In this document: positions 26,568 through 60,100 of the stretch, piece by piece
Numbering within the stretch: the first letter of the stretch is position 1
Layout: each line of letters begins with the position of its first letter
Origin: Tubiluchus corallicola
Taxonomy: Eukaryota; Animalia; Priapulida
Direction: 5' to 3'
DNA: 64,000 nt
NCBI GenBank assembly: GCA_030141605.1
Contig: JAQGDQ010002372.1
Span: 248,001 to 312,000 of the forward strand
Made by a program: the position numbers and the translations under genes
The notes under the pieces: model-generated
Told to the model about the DNA's origin: nothing
Database searches by the model: none
The model's input: the letters and a program-made list of their open reading frames with translations, nothing else

Positions 26568-27610
26568 AGGGAGGGAGAGGAGGCAGTATGTTCGCATAAA
26601 GCTAAAAAATGTTACCTTGGCGCGAGGCCCCCTTGGAGGGTGAGGCCCCGGGGAAGTATCCCCACTTCTCTCCCTTGAAATAGGCACTGCTTCTATCTCG
26701 TTCTCGTTTACAATATAATTCTGTTGCATGAACGCAGTGATTTGGCAATTTACTGCGCCGGATTTCAGAGTTGAAAGTGTTCCCGAGTTAAGTCATTCGA
26801 TCGCATTTTTTCGGAAATTTTCTTAATGGATAATTAATGCCATTTACGGTATATATTAAACTTCTCAATGTCATAGAAATTTGGCAATGATCTGACACTT
26901 TTCCTGACACTTCAAACGATACTACTTTATCTATCAAATCGCTACTAACAACAGCGTAATCAATGACGCTAGAGCCTCTAACGTTATGAAAAGTAAACCT
27001 GCCAATAGAATCGCCCATTCAGAATTCTAAGACTGCACGATTTACATAGTTCAAGAAGTTTCTGACCATAATCATCGGTACGACTATTCCTTTTGAGCAT
27101 ATAACTATCGCATACGTAATCAGGAGGTAAGGGCATATACGTGTCATAATCATTCACTATGTAATCTAGTTTACAGTTGGTTTTAGAATTAAAATCTCCG
27201 ATTAGCATGATATCGCCATTCATAAACTCTTTAAATTTAATAATATTTTCTTCTTGAATTCATATAAACCTACCTAGATTTTTTTAAGTGGAAATATAAG
27301 TTATCCAAATTTAGCCAAATGTATTCAGACCAGGTCAGTGGCAGAAATTTTATTCCTTTGCATAAAGTATTTTTAACAAAAACTGCTACACCTCCAAAGA
27401 CTCGCTTTCCATATTTGGGTCGACAGTTTTGCAAACAGGAGTAGCCAGGAATTTTAAGCGTTTTTGAATAATCTGAATGAGTTTCGTTGAGGCATATTAT
27501 GTCAGCTGTTAGTTGAGATAAAATCAGCGTCATCTAGTTTGTTAAACAATTGGTTATTCGCACGATAAAAAAACCATTAGTATTCCACCAGTTAATAGCA
27601 ATGGAATGTT
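23530..27610 (-). mobile_element. Decayed non-LTR retrotransposon ORF2 (APE endonuclease + reverse transcriptase; L2/CR1-group-like), with multiple frameshifts
   Basis: APE motifs WNTNG, DIICLNETH, LIGDFNS, SVIDY and SDH. RT motifs QIGFKKG..T, FVDLRKAFDSV, GIKQGCTLSPALFSLYIDDL and LYAGD (YADD degenerate). C-terminal KLRISSHTLCIERGRY. The frame is fragmented into several ORFs. Confidence 0.92.
26236..26689. mobile_element. hAT-type MITE nested in the LINE, containing a (GA)n tract
   Basis: 14-bp TIR CAGGGCCTATTTCA / TGAAATAGGCACTG (1 mismatch); perfect 8-bp TSD CTTCTATC at 26228-26235 and 26690-26697. Confidence 0.92.
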
Positions 27611-28290
27611 GTACAATTGTTAACGGCTGAACCAATCAAAATTATCTGAAGTGCTTGAACGTGAAAACAATATATAATTGCAAAAATAATACTTTGGCGT
27701 AATAAAACAATTATACAGACTATATACATACAGGAAAAGGCAACAAAATACATACAAGACTACCCAAAATAGAATTACTTTTACTGCTATACAATTACAA
27801 ATGTTTAGCGATTGCCACATTACCACATAGTACTGTATATTCCTATTGAGGTAGCTTAAACGTCTCGAGTTCAGCTATATGAATTATTCTGTAACCTCTA
27901 CTATATCTATATGGGTACTCACTCGGCTATAGTACATACCTACTGACACTTGGGTGCTTTGTAGTCTGGTTCGTCGGTGAAACAGAACATGCCAGGGAAA
28001 CATCAGAGAAACAGAAACAGAACAGGGAACAGTTGATGATTTGCCATTATAAACACCATTCCTGTAGATATTGTACAACAACCTCTTGTTGTAGCTTACC
28101 CCTTAGCCCTAACCATAATTGCCATTGTACGTTGCCTTGTTTGAGTGGTTTGTCCAAAAATAATGACAATTGTCAAATATCGTTTGCATACATGAAACCC
28201 ATGAGAACGAGAATGATGATGATAATGATGATGATAATGTAGACTGCTGCAACGATGGTGGTGAGGATATTGATTGATCATTAGTTATGA

Positions 28291-28484
28291 CGCGTTCAGA
28301 CGCAGAGCCTTCTCTCGCAACTTCTCTCTTAGAGTAAAGTCGCACGTGTGAACGGCTTGCCAACTTCTCTCGCATCTTATTGCAAACGAAACGAGAGAAG
28401 TTATCAAGCCGTTCACATGTGCGATTTTGCTCTCATTGAGAAGTTGCACATAAGTTGCAAGAGAAGTCTCGACGTTTGAACGCG
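28291..28484. mobile_element. Small palindromic MITE-like element
   Basis: cgcgttcagacg..cttctctcgcaactt..gtcgcacgtgtgaacggctt versus aagccgttcacatgtgcgat..aagttgcaagagaag..cgtttgaacgcg form imperfect inverted arms. Confidence 0.65.
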
Positions 28485-28513
28485 CCATTACTCTTGCATA
28501 GAAAACATTACAG

Positions 28514-37557
<9,044 letters not shown>

Positions 37558-37980
37558 TTCAATTAGCCAATTTTATACACTTTAATTCTTTATTTATTTA
37601 TTTATACTATTTATTTTTTTGTTTGTTTATTTAATTGTTTCTTTTCTTAATATAGTAGTAATAATAATAATATTATTAATAATGATAAAATAAAATAATA
37701 TAAATATATATTAAAGGTAGACAATCAGTGCTAGTTTATGGTAAAAACGTACTCTCTTCTATGCGTCAGGAAAAAAATTGACTATAAGTGCAACGAACTT
37801 CAAGGCATTAAACAAAATGAACTATGGGTAATTTCTGTTTTTGCCAATCTTTCTTTCTTCAGCTTTTTAATTTTATCTATCTCAGACATAAAATCGGCCA
37901 TACAGTTAATTGCACATAGTAAATGACAAAATATAAATGAAAGTTAGTAGTTAAAACTATAAATAAATTAATAATCTCTC

Positions 37981-38142
37981 TCACACACACACGCACGCGC
38001 GCGCACACACGCACACATGCTCACACACACGCAGCCACACACACACGCGCACACACGCACATGCACATACCACACACACACGCACGCACGCATACACCAC
38101 CACCCCCCACCCCACCCAACCCCACACACACACACACATACA
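37981..38142. repeat. Imperfect (CA)n/(CG)n microsatellite
   Basis: Directly visible between the two SLC28 genes. Confidence 0.9.
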
Positions 38143-38970
38143 CTTAATCTGTTTCTCTTCCTCGCTCTGTGTTATCATAATCAAGTCATGATCTTGCCTC
38201 TCACAAACGAGATAAGCAGGACAGTATTTTGAAGATGTTTTGTGAGGCTGCATTAAGCTTATCTAAAAAGGATCATACGAACATCTAAGAAGAAAAAATG
38301 CAACGGCTCGCAAATAACTTTAACGCGCTTAGTAGTGTATGATAATAAATTTCCTTATAAGCATAATAAATTCTGGATGTGCCAAAGCATTAATATCGTT
38401 TTGAGTGTTGGCTTTATGATGCAGTTTGCCAATAATTATCCACCTACATGTCCACTAGTGATGAGCTTGATTGACAGGTGGAATGGTTAGTTATAGACAG
38501 TCACAGTCGGTTAGTTCGGTATTCTGTTAGTGAGTAAGTCAGTTGGTTAATTTATTAGTTACTGCGTTGCACAGGCTTTACGTTGAGTAACACCTGCGTC
38601 TGAATCCTCAGAATCTATAGTTCATCCATTAGCTGTTAGTCCGCGACATGAATTACCTGAATGACCCATTATTTTCAAAAGCGTTTTGGGAATACCCAGA
38701 TATTAATATAAAATGCATGCAGAATCTTAATTAGGTTACAGTCCCTGTAACTTTTTCGACTCTGTTACCTATAATATTGCTACGAGTAACCAAAAGTATG
38801 TAGTTAAATTAAATGTCACGATTTCCTGTAAAACACTTCCTGTTCTTAAATCGATCGTGTTGTCGTTTTGAGACATTATATGTTCAACAAGGTGTGAGTG
38901 TTTCTGCGTAATAAAAAAAGTAATCGTTACACAGTAAATGATAATGAAATAAAATAGAATAATTTTGAAA

Positions 38971-48679
<9,709 letters not shown>

Positions 48680-49183
48680 TGTATGCTTCACATCAGACTC
48701 CATGCTACAAATTTCTTATGGACTGTACTTTTAAGCCCATATGCATATGGAGCACTTGCGTTGAGTTTATTTATCGTAGAGCAGCACAGGTATTTTTTCG
48801 AAAATTGGTCCAAATATAAGCAATTTGTTATCTGTCCAAGTGAAAATGTGCCGTGGACTGTGGCATTAATATGTATATGTTAATATATACTAAATACTAC
48901 AGTATACTAATATTGTAGTGTTACAGCCATAATAGTAATAAATTCTTATAGGTAGTATAAGATGAAAGAAACTTCGAATAGTGAAAACATCACAGCAGAC
49001 TTTAAACAAAACTGTGGCTATTTTATTAACGCAAATCAGATGTAACGTGCGTTACACCAAAAATCTCTGTAACAATTCCTTAAATTTGTTTGCGTCTTGC
49101 GAGAAGAATAAGACAATCTTTGAATATGAAACTATGCATTTATCATTTCATAGTAATTTTCGGCGTTAATAATTTTTGGCCTG

Positions 49184-49364
<181 letters not shown>

Positions 49365-52281
49365 TAAAATTAATACACAGTAAGCGCATGTAGTTTAACC
49401 ACAAAATTATTCAAAGATATAACTCTCAGATTTAGAGTTCTATTTGCTACAGCGAAAATTGGGCATTATATTTTTACCCTATAGTTATGTAGCTACGTAG
49501 TTATGTTAGTAGTTAGTATACTATTTTACTTTAAAAGTGACGAGAAATTTGATCGTGAAAACATTTCTTCGAGAAAATATTTCTAAGTTTTCTAATTCAT
49601 GCACACTGATAGGTTGCCTTATCCACTCAGTATCCAATGCTGTTGATTAATTTTCTCAAAATAGATTTCATCATTAATAGCATAGCAGGGGTTTCGGTAA
49701 TCTAGTTTTTCTAAGTTTATATGAGCATTGCGTAAAATACAGTAGCAAACTATCATAGATAGCTTGGACCAATTTCTGAAGAACATTCAACAAAATCTAT
49801 CAGCACAATTGGATCCAAACCTGCAGTCTGATTTTTATTGTGTCTACAGTGATAACGGTCGCGGCAATGACGACGAGGCGTGACAGGGCTGACCACTAAG
49901 TTTTTGGTCCCATAATGATTCTTGGAGAGGGTCAAAAGATAAATGCAACCATATAGTGCAACAGCTTCACGGCAAGAATGTAGAGAGGCGGAGAAACACT
50001 TCGGAATGACACTGAAGTCATTAGTACACACATGTATGTTACTTAACTGTGGGTTCCTTACAGAGTTTACTACAAAAATTATGTTAGTTCTCTATACAAA
50101 ATATCCGTTAAACTTAACCAGTGTTTATATCCTAACGGCATGATACTGAGCTTTTTACTCAAAAACCACAAAATATGCAAAGTGTACAAAATTAGTATTT
50201 TGCTATAATAATATTACTTTTATTTTATTTTATATTTGAAATATTGCGTGAAAAATAAATGTATGTTATCTTGGTTTAATATACGAATCGCTTATATGAA
50301 GACAGATTATGCTCATATATATATGTATATATAACATAATACATATATATATAACATATACATACATATATAAATATACATATATCATTTTATTACTAAC
50401 TAATAATATATATATATTGTTAGTTATTATATATATCGGGTATTCTATAGAATATCTAGGCATTTTATGAAGTGTCAAAATAAACAAGGTAAATAATCTG
50501 AAATATTTTTTCAACACTTTTTAGGCGTTGTATATAATGTAAAAGTTTGTTACGCAAAATGTGTAATTCAAAGATTTTCGATACACTTTTCCTATATAGG
50601 CATTTTGTAGTTGGTTTTGAAATGCTGAGTTTCGTAGTGGATGATCGAATGATAGGTGGAATACTGCTTGGTTTCGTTTTCGAATGTTTTGACAATGATG
50701 ATGACTCTTCTAACGAAGACAGTGAATGTCGCTAATACTGTTTTTATGATGGTGGAGTAGATGCTGTTTGTTCTTTCAAAGACGGCGATATTAGTGATGT
50801 ACTAGTAACATTTAATTTTCAAGAAGGAGCAAAGATTTTGCAAAGCTTTTTCTGTGTCACAATATTTTGAGATGATGATAGCTTGATAGGCAGGGTTTCA
50901 TTTTTGGGTTTAGATTTTTGCACTGAAAGACCCGTTACGCAAGTTTCTCAGGGTCCGTATGAGCTGCTCTGGTTCGATACTCCACATCCACACCTGATTC
51001 GGAAATACATTCGTTGGACAGCAGGCTGCCTAGAGAAGGAATATGGTCGACCAGGTCAAGCCGCGTAAAGTGATAAAGTGTGAAAGTGCTGTAGAGAAAA
51101 CACTTGCTTACCTGTTATATGAAATGCCTGGGAATTTTATAAAATTCCTAAATTTTGCACATTGCCTTGCCTGTAACATCTATACTACTTTGTTATTTTT
51201 AGTGAAGCTTGAAATCATTGTCTGACATTAGTCAATGTGCGATGTCAGCCAATTTTAATCTCAATCTTGCCTTATTAGCAAATTAATTTTAAAAGCTGAC
51301 ACTGTCGCTTGGCTTATGCACTACTAAGATATAAATCAAACAACCAAAGACAGACTTTTTACGACAATAGCACAACATACGTAAGGATATTACTTCCACT
51401 AAGTGCTGTAATTCACGTAAATTTGCATAAACGCAATCATTACTTAGATATTTAAGTAAATAAAAATTCAATAATTTTCATTGACGTGATGGTAACTGTG
51501 ACGGATTTGTACATCCGTTGTAAGCCGTCCTTTTTAATTTGAGCAGTTTAATTTAACCTCAGAAAAACCAAGGAGCGACTGTTGAGAAAGTTCTTGTGCA
51601 ATATGACTTTTATCTGCGAGCGCTAGCATCCCAGATCTAAGAGAACCCATACCCATACGCTGATTGTTGTCATTTCATGACGCCAGGCCGTCCAAGTTTT
51701 TATTTTTTTAATTATTGACAACTCGGAAGGACAGAGGTCTAGAGTCACTTTAAAAGATCTGTCAAAAAGCCAAGGACACTGTACATAAGTCAATATTTGG
51801 ATTGCCCTTCAACTCTTCCCATGGCTTTCTTAAAATTATTTTTTTTCATAAATATTTAGGTATTGTGAGGTAGATGTATACTTGGAGTTTTAAAAAGTTG
51901 GGAGGCCTAGCTTTTCTTTAAAAAACCTTAAATTATTTAAAGGGTCGAGACAGGAACCAAAATATGAAAATTAGTGAGAACTATAGTACGCAGAGTCACG
52001 AAATGACAAACCTCCCGCACTTTTCGCATTGGTTAGTCACATGTGAGCATAATAATCTACAAGTATTGACATAAGTGAAACACGCTGTACCAGGTATAGT
52101 CAGGTGTAAACATAATCAGGGCGTTACATTATGTTACGCTCGCAGATTTGGATCTGAATTCAATCAGTCTTGTTGATGTAGTAGCTAGCTAGTTTAGAAT
52201 GTTTACGTCTACCAAAGATTTACAAGCTGATCGAGCTGCAAAATTAATCTAACCCTCGTATAACCTATATCTAGCTCCAAG

Positions 52282-55200
52282 CTACTCTGTTGCACCAGGT
52301 CTTTGAGCACCCTGGTTGCAATTTACAAATGTCATTGGTATGTAGTCGGGTTGTTGTCCAGCCGTATGCACTGCAGCGCATACGTTTGGCGAATCAGAGG
52401 CTCTTGCAGCTGAAGTTCCGCGTCGCCTTGTTATGCTAGAACGAAGAGAAGCTAAGTAACTGCTGCTAGTCCTTGTTGACAAAAGAGACCCCGTGCGTTG
52501 AAGAAAGTATGGCTTCAGTAAGCTTTTCACCTGCAGTAAGAAGTTTATATTCCGTATTACTTTTGGTTATGTTTTGTATTTAACATCCTAAAATGTATTT
52601 TTACACTAAAAAACTTATAATTTCTGAAAAAGTTGAAACTTTATAGCGTTAAACTTTATAGAGGCAGGTGGTACCATTGATTTAGTGCCGTTTACATGTG
52701 TTGTTCAAACTTTACTAAATCAAAGAATGAAATGACTTAATGATGCAGCTTGTGAACAACTAGGTCTGACACTAATTTTTGGCTTATCGATCGAGTATAT
52801 GCACCGACACACCCACACACAAACCATAATAAACAGGTAGTTCAACTCAATTAGTTATTTTGAGTAACTTTATTTGTGAACACAATTTTCTTATAAATGT
52901 GGTAGGCTACAGCTGCTGAAAGAGTCAAAATTTTGCAATTACAGAAATTACGTTCTAGCGCCTACTTGAGAATTTGGAACGAGATACGACTAAGAATAAT
53001 ATTTCACTAACATATGCGAAGGCCGTTCCTCTGGGGAAATGCTTTTTCTCCATGCGGTGTCAAGCTGCTTAATTTACGGTTCAATAATTTCGAAGAAGTT
53101 CATCAAAATCATTCTGGCTCGTGCGATAGCATCGATGAATTTACTAGAACCGGCCCGTAAGTTATCATGTAACATATAAAATTGTACTTTGAGCAAACCG
53201 CTTGTTGTTTATTGGCTAAACTCAATATACTTCCAACATCTATTTTTCTTTTTATGGGGTAATAATGTACAAATTTTGGCAATACCTCAAATTCCATGAC
53301 CATGGTACGCAATTTTAAATTCCACGTGCACAGCGATATGCGTATCCGTGCGTGCGAATGTGAGTGTGTATAGAGGGGCTTAGTATCAAAGTTGCCAGCC
53401 ATTACACAGCCCAGTACGCTAGCTCAGCACATACATTACACAAATTAATGAAAGGTATGCACTTGTAAAAGCTCGAGATGCATAACAGTATTGGCTGTGT
53501 TTTCACGCTGTTGAAACTTGCTTAATGCCTCGTTTCAGAGCTGTGACAAAAATAATAAAAAACGTAAGTAATGAAAACATTGATTAAATATTAAATCTTA
53601 TTTCGTGGCTTGCCGTTTGTAGGTCACGTACAGGACTTGTTATGTATTCTTGCGAATCGTGAAGCATTGTCTCAAGTCTCATATTCGCATACTATGATAT
53701 CCCAACAGAAGGTAATGAGCGGTAAATGTGCGACGCCTTTTACATGAAAATTTAGTCTAAAAATTGTAAACACGTTAGTCTGTTGCATGTTCTAGATTCT
53801 GTGGAGTGCGCAGACTATTGCTATGGTGACCCGCAGCCTGCGACCTTCTGAGGTGTTTTAAATTTCTAACGAAATTTTCAAATTGGACGGTATCAGATTA
53901 CGACTTACCTCATGATTAGTAAAACAGAAGAAAAGTGTTATCCAAAATCCCTGCAATCAATAAGAAAGTGTAAACTATTAATCACTTTAATTACACAAAA
54001 GTGTTAATCAAGATCTTTGTTAAATCAAAAATCTTAAATGTAAACAGTAAGGTGTTTTCCATTTAGCATTAAAAGGGAAAATATGAGAACACATTGTTTT
54101 CACACAGTATACCTTTGAACGTGTGAAATGCTACAATCCTTTGCGCGCACTAATCTTTCGAATCATCTGAAAATAGTTTTTAGAGCTTTTTGTTAATTTT
54201 AGTCTATTTTCAGTAAAAATCAGATCTCCAAACGCGGACTCTACAAATTTGTCTAATAACACAGCAAAAAATAAAGCTTTTCAATATTGTGTACCTGTGT
54301 AGAAACAAGCAAAGCATTGATGATACTAATTACGAGTCTCCACATTCCACCGTTTTCTGGCTCCACGAGAACAAGAACGTGCGTTAAACCAAGCAAAGGT
54401 AGTAAGAGCAGCAGCTTTCGTGCCCCCTTTCTAACAAAAAAATTAAGCACTGAAACGAGTTTGAATCATAACGTCGTTGTTAAATTTTAGTGTAAACTAA
54501 TGCCAAAGTTAATGAATTACCATCATCATCATCATCATCGTCGTCGTCGTCGTCATCATCATCGTCGTCGTCGTCATTATATGAGAAATATAGGTAACTG
54601 GTAGTAGTGTGAAATTATGATTGCAAAGGAGATACATATTTCTGATTTTGAGTAAAAAATTCCGTTTTTGAATATAATTAGCCAACCTGTACAGTTGGGT
54701 TTTTTAGTTTTCCATGCATACGTATACCTGTATTGTTTGTCGTCCAATTCTCGGATTTTTGTTCTTGATCGTGACAATAAAACATACATTATCGAGCAAA
54801 GGAAAACACAATTTATCTGAAAAAAGAAAAAATGAATAAAAACTTTAAGGTGCTTTGAATTTGATAATACGCGCGCAATTGGTCATACTCGTTGCTTTAA
54901 AACTCTCCATTATTTTTAAGGATTTATTAAAAACTGACAAATTACAGTAAGGACAAACTCAAAATGACGCAACTCGGTGGTTGAGTGTATGATGGATGAC
55001 TATTTTAGTGGGATCAAACTAGGCTTCATAAGTGCGCTGCAGTGATTTTAAGCAACAATTATATATTACGCTGTTAATGTTCATTATGCAACTAAAAGTT
55101 CATTACATAACAATGTACTATTATGTAGCAAAATGCTACATTATGTAGACTCAAAAAATTCCCAACTGCTGAGTAAGAGTTTGCCGTAATATGAACGTCG

Positions 55201-57032
55201 TTGGTCAATTAGTTACAATGAAAATACAAAATCAAATTAACGAGAGACTTATGAAACACCCTATACTATCAACTCGTCAAATATGTTTATAGTCACGAAC
55301 CTGGCGTTAAGACCAAGTAATTAATGACAATGAGAAGTTGTAAACTGAAGGAAGCGACGTGCGATTATCGCTCGGAAATTTCGCTAAATTTGTATTAAAA
55401 ATGTTACAGCGGAAAGTTGAACGCGTTAGTTAATTGGCTATGAAAAGATAAACGTGATTTCGCTGTTTAAGTGAGAACAGCAATAATGTCATGGTAAATG
55501 TTTACAACGCATTCATAGTAAATATGGCTTACATGTGGTTATAAAAACTGCAAAACATAAATCTGGGTACATGGGTATGTATTAAGTTAAATAATTTTGC
55601 ACGAGGGTAGTTTTCTTACCAGTAGTACTACAAGAATTGGTACCATAAATATGTAGTCATAAACGTATCCGTCTGAATCCATCCAGCACCTTTAGTGATT
55701 TGAAAAGTAAATAAACAAGTGTCATAGGTATTCAGAAATGATAACTCTGTAAGTTAAAATCTTAAGAAATATGCAAATCTTTCATAATTAAACTACTAAT
55801 TGTTGAGCATTCTTAAAAGTCCCAAGACAAGAAAGCTAAATGAGATTAAAACATTTGGAAACTCACAATCTTTTCAGGAATGAGATAGAATAGGTATTAC
55901 TCGATAGTTTCCTGTTGCATGTAACACCATAAAACACTTTTTCTAGAGTTTAGTTTACATAAGTCGTCTATTTGCGAGAAATTATATCCACCTCTCTGTA
56001 TTTCACGTGTCTTAATTTGGTATTACTGTAACTTATGATATTGTACGTGCTCTTTTTACAATTTTTGTTGTTTTCCTTCTTGTTTTTTCTACTATAATGC
56101 GTAGTTCCCTGTGCGTCATTGTGAAATTCTTACGAATTTCTCATTAAATTTTCCAAATGAAATCTCTACAAACGGCTAGATGACTACAATTTTAATTCAA
56201 TACGTTCCGAGAATGCTGATATCAAGACTCATTCAAAAGATGAAGCCATGAAGATCCTACCCGAGATGTCATAACACATACTTAATAAAAACCTATAACA
56301 TAAGGATCATTTTAAGAATAACAACATGGCACCCGCATCTCATTTTAAATGAAAACTGACGTTGAAATTTCAGTACACATGCTGTAATTGAAACGCAATA
56401 GATAACTCGCGTCTATAATTAATATGCGACAGATGCAACTAACTAAACTCAGTAGTAAATCCTGCACGATCACACAGACTGACGTCAAGTTAAACATTTT
56501 CGTGGCTAAATCTGATTCTGACCGTGTATTGAGAGATGGAAGTAGACACAAAATTACTGGCAATGTTTACTATAATTTTCAAGACAGCGCAGAACGAAAA
56601 ATAGCAAAATCCAGCCGCCAAATTATGGCAGTTTGATTCACTCATGTCGGCATACGCTGTTTAATTGTTTATACCGAACAGCACAAAATTTCTTGATCAT
56701 CAACGTTTTAAATGCAACAAGGCTTCATAAAATTAAAGAGATGTATGACACAGCAACTGCAGACAAGAAATCTTACAGCAAATAGTTGACTGCCGAAGCA
56801 AATCAAAGTGGCTGTAGAATTAATGGCAAGGACCAGTTAATTACATTTTTTGTAAACAATGAGGCGGTAGAATTTGCTGAGCGACAAGGACAGAAGGTCA
56901 GCATGATACAATTGCACATGCTTCGCCTATTACACTCGCATGAAAAGATGAAGGTGTGATAGCTCGTATTAGTCAGTAACTGTTTTGCTCGCAGACGAAA
57001 AATTTTTCCCTCGTACTACTATATACTAAATT

Positions 57033-57109
<77 letters not shown>

Positions 57110-60100
57110 CTTTATTTATTTTGTTATTTATTTATTGATCCATCCATTCGTTATATCACACATTCTTTGATACATTCATTCTTTCATTCCTTCGTTTCAT
57201 CAATTAATCCATTAATCAATCAATCATGCATTCGTTCATTCATTTATACTGTCATTCACTCGTTTACACATATCAACGTTCGTAAATTCGTTCGTTTCTT
57301 TAAAATTGAATACCTGTTTTTATCAAAATGATGTTTTACAATGCCCCAGATCGCTATCACCACAATGGGAATTCCTAGAATCACAAAAACCTTTTAGACT
57401 CAAAAAATTTCACTCGACAAAAGTTATATTTTCAGAGAGTGTTACAGTTAAACAAAAGATGTTTGCGAGTCAGCTATATCAAGCACGTCCTATAAAGGTA
57501 GTTTATGATGGTCAAAAACGGAAAACAAAATCGTGTCATATGTTTACAAATAAGCTCTGATGATAGACATATAAATAAAAACGTTCAGCGATTACCCCAT
57601 CCAATGAGAACGAAGAAGAAAAACTCGACTCGTGATGCAGAAAATGTGAAAACTGTCAAAATGAACAGGTACAGTCCTTCGACTAACATCCAGAAAAAGT
57701 TTGTACATTGGCAGTAGTTAAAAATTGTTACCATCGACCGGCAAAATATCTAAAATCAAAATATGAAGATATTAGATTACAGCATAAATCCTGGAGCTCT
57801 GCAATTTCGACTGTCGAATGTAAGAATCTCCAAGACCGAAACTTTGATATTATAATTTTTTAAATTCACAACTTAGTTTCGCGCGAGCAAAAAAGCCTTG
57901 CGTGAATAAGATTCACTGCTTCTATCATTGAGTGCCGCAGTATTTTTAAACTTCTACGTTTTGGCTATAGTTGTACCTTTCAGCTGAAATTGTACCTTTG
58001 CTGGTCTTCTGCTATACGCGTACTGTTTATTTGCAAATTATATACGTTTCTACATATATCCTGTGGTCTAAGAAATGTGGGAAAATTTGGTACAAAAAGT
58101 TCACCCAACAGCCAAGAGCAAAAACTGAGAAATTGCTTGCTTGAAATTCAAGGACAGTACTTTAAACATCATGTCTCCTTGAACTGAAATTTCAGTCATA
58201 ATTTGCTTCCTTGTAATAGTATTTTTTATTTCCACATTGTCAAAAATCTCACTCACAAGTCAAACAATGAGCAAAGTATTAAATTACCTCATGTGAGTTT
58301 CGTTTCATTGATTTAAAGTTTAAATCTGGCACAGATTCTTGGCCGGCTACAGAGCAAAAATCAGTAATTTTGCAAATTATTTCTGATCGTTAAAAAGAAA
58401 CATACTGAATCTCGCTTCGCGATTCCAACAAGAGTTTGATTATTAATGATCCACAACACATCGCTGAAAAAGTAACTGATGAAGAGGTTAACGTGAATCT
58501 TGTTTCTCATGCAACTGAGTTTTCTGAAAAAAAAATTTTTGGGATTATACAAGCCATTAAATTATTTTTGTAATAACAATACACGAAAACCCCATCATTT
58601 ATACGCTGTGTGGCATATATAGATTTTATGTTTTTAACAAGGTTAGATTGCAGTTTCTGAATTACGAACGTTCACATTTTTATCCGCGAAGGCTTGCGTC
58701 GCGGAACTAGCAGAACCTCCGATGCTGGTTTTTCATCATTATGCTACACATCCTGCTTTCTACTTTTTAATTCATGTTAACTCGCAGACGGAGAGTACTA
58801 GGACACGGATCTCACAAGGCAAATACGTGAGGTAGAAGCCTAGAAAGTGGTTTGGTGACTGGTGACCTCGATTAAAGGGTCAATGACGCTGGACATCGGT
58901 CAGTTTTTCGATTGGCATTCACCATCTCCTCGGACTGAGTTGAATTCGATATTTTTGCATAAGCATTTTTAAAAGTGCTGTGAGGCAGACCTGTATGTAA
59001 CCTTTTAAAAAGTTAGGATTTTTAATATCACGAGATAGGGGCCATAATATATAATGAATAATTCTAAAACTATAGTAACTAAAGTCAGAGAACTTGCCCC
59101 ATAGACTTTTCCATGCTCCATTTGAACCAGCGAGCCGCATGGTTTATAAGCACCATGCAGAATACTAGCTTCTTGAGGTCCTACTCTATTCACAACAGTG
59201 ACATTGCTTATTTTGAGCCAGTGACATGAATGGGAAAATATGTACTGCAGGTAATATTGAAGCCACCACACATGAATAAATGAGACGTTGTTTCCTGAGA
59301 TAAACATTGGTGGAGTTCTGTTATTGTTTTCCATCTTATCCTGCACTGCCTAACGCACTAAGCAATAAAATGAATAATGTATTAAGTCGTGTTTGGCAGC
59401 CAGCTGCTAATGTACGCCCATTATGATAGCACTGCCAGAATAAGCTATTGAAATGGAAACTTTTTGAACTCTTCTGACTAGTGTAAAATAAACCTAAACC
59501 TAAAATATGGATGTTTACTTCAACTGAATGATTTATTAATTTACTCTCCAATTGAAAAACGTTACTTTTTACGTTTTACAACAAAATTATGGCAACAAGA
59601 ATTTAAATTCCTAAACAAACGTATTTATGGACAACAAATGTCAACATAATAAATCACTAAACAGTTTTCAAAAGTTATGGTCATGTACATAGCTACCAAC
59701 TATTACTTAACTAAGAGCAAAATTGGCATTTTAACTCTCATAATCTCAACCTTCTTGCCTGAGAAAAATGCAGTTTTTTTAATTTATCCAATAAATGATA
59801 ATTATGTTTACCTTGCGCAAAAAAATATCAAAATAGCTAAAACGAGTGAAGTAATCGACAGAGTGTACCCAACGTAGTAGATAAGTTGTGCAATTCTGTA
59901 CTCTTGAGCTAGAGCCTGAAACAAATAGTTGTTGTTCTATTGGCAATATAGAAACACTTTCAATGTGAGAATATCGCAGCTATATAAGCAAAACTCTTCC
60001 CTGCTCTTTCCACAAACAGTTATTTATAACCACCGTAAAGTCGGCAATAATTAAACCGACATTTGAGACAGGAATAAAACTTTTCTGCCTCCTTATAGCA

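Noticed and set aside
57555-57590. CTGATGATAGAC...AAAACGTT resembling the 47.9 kb hammerhead
   Set aside because: It lacks GAAA and stem II; at best a decayed remnant.
58288-58346. 59-bp AG...GT cassette between the GPCR TM2 and TM3 exons
   Set aside because: It is phase-incompatible with the flanking phase-0 junction and would introduce a stop.
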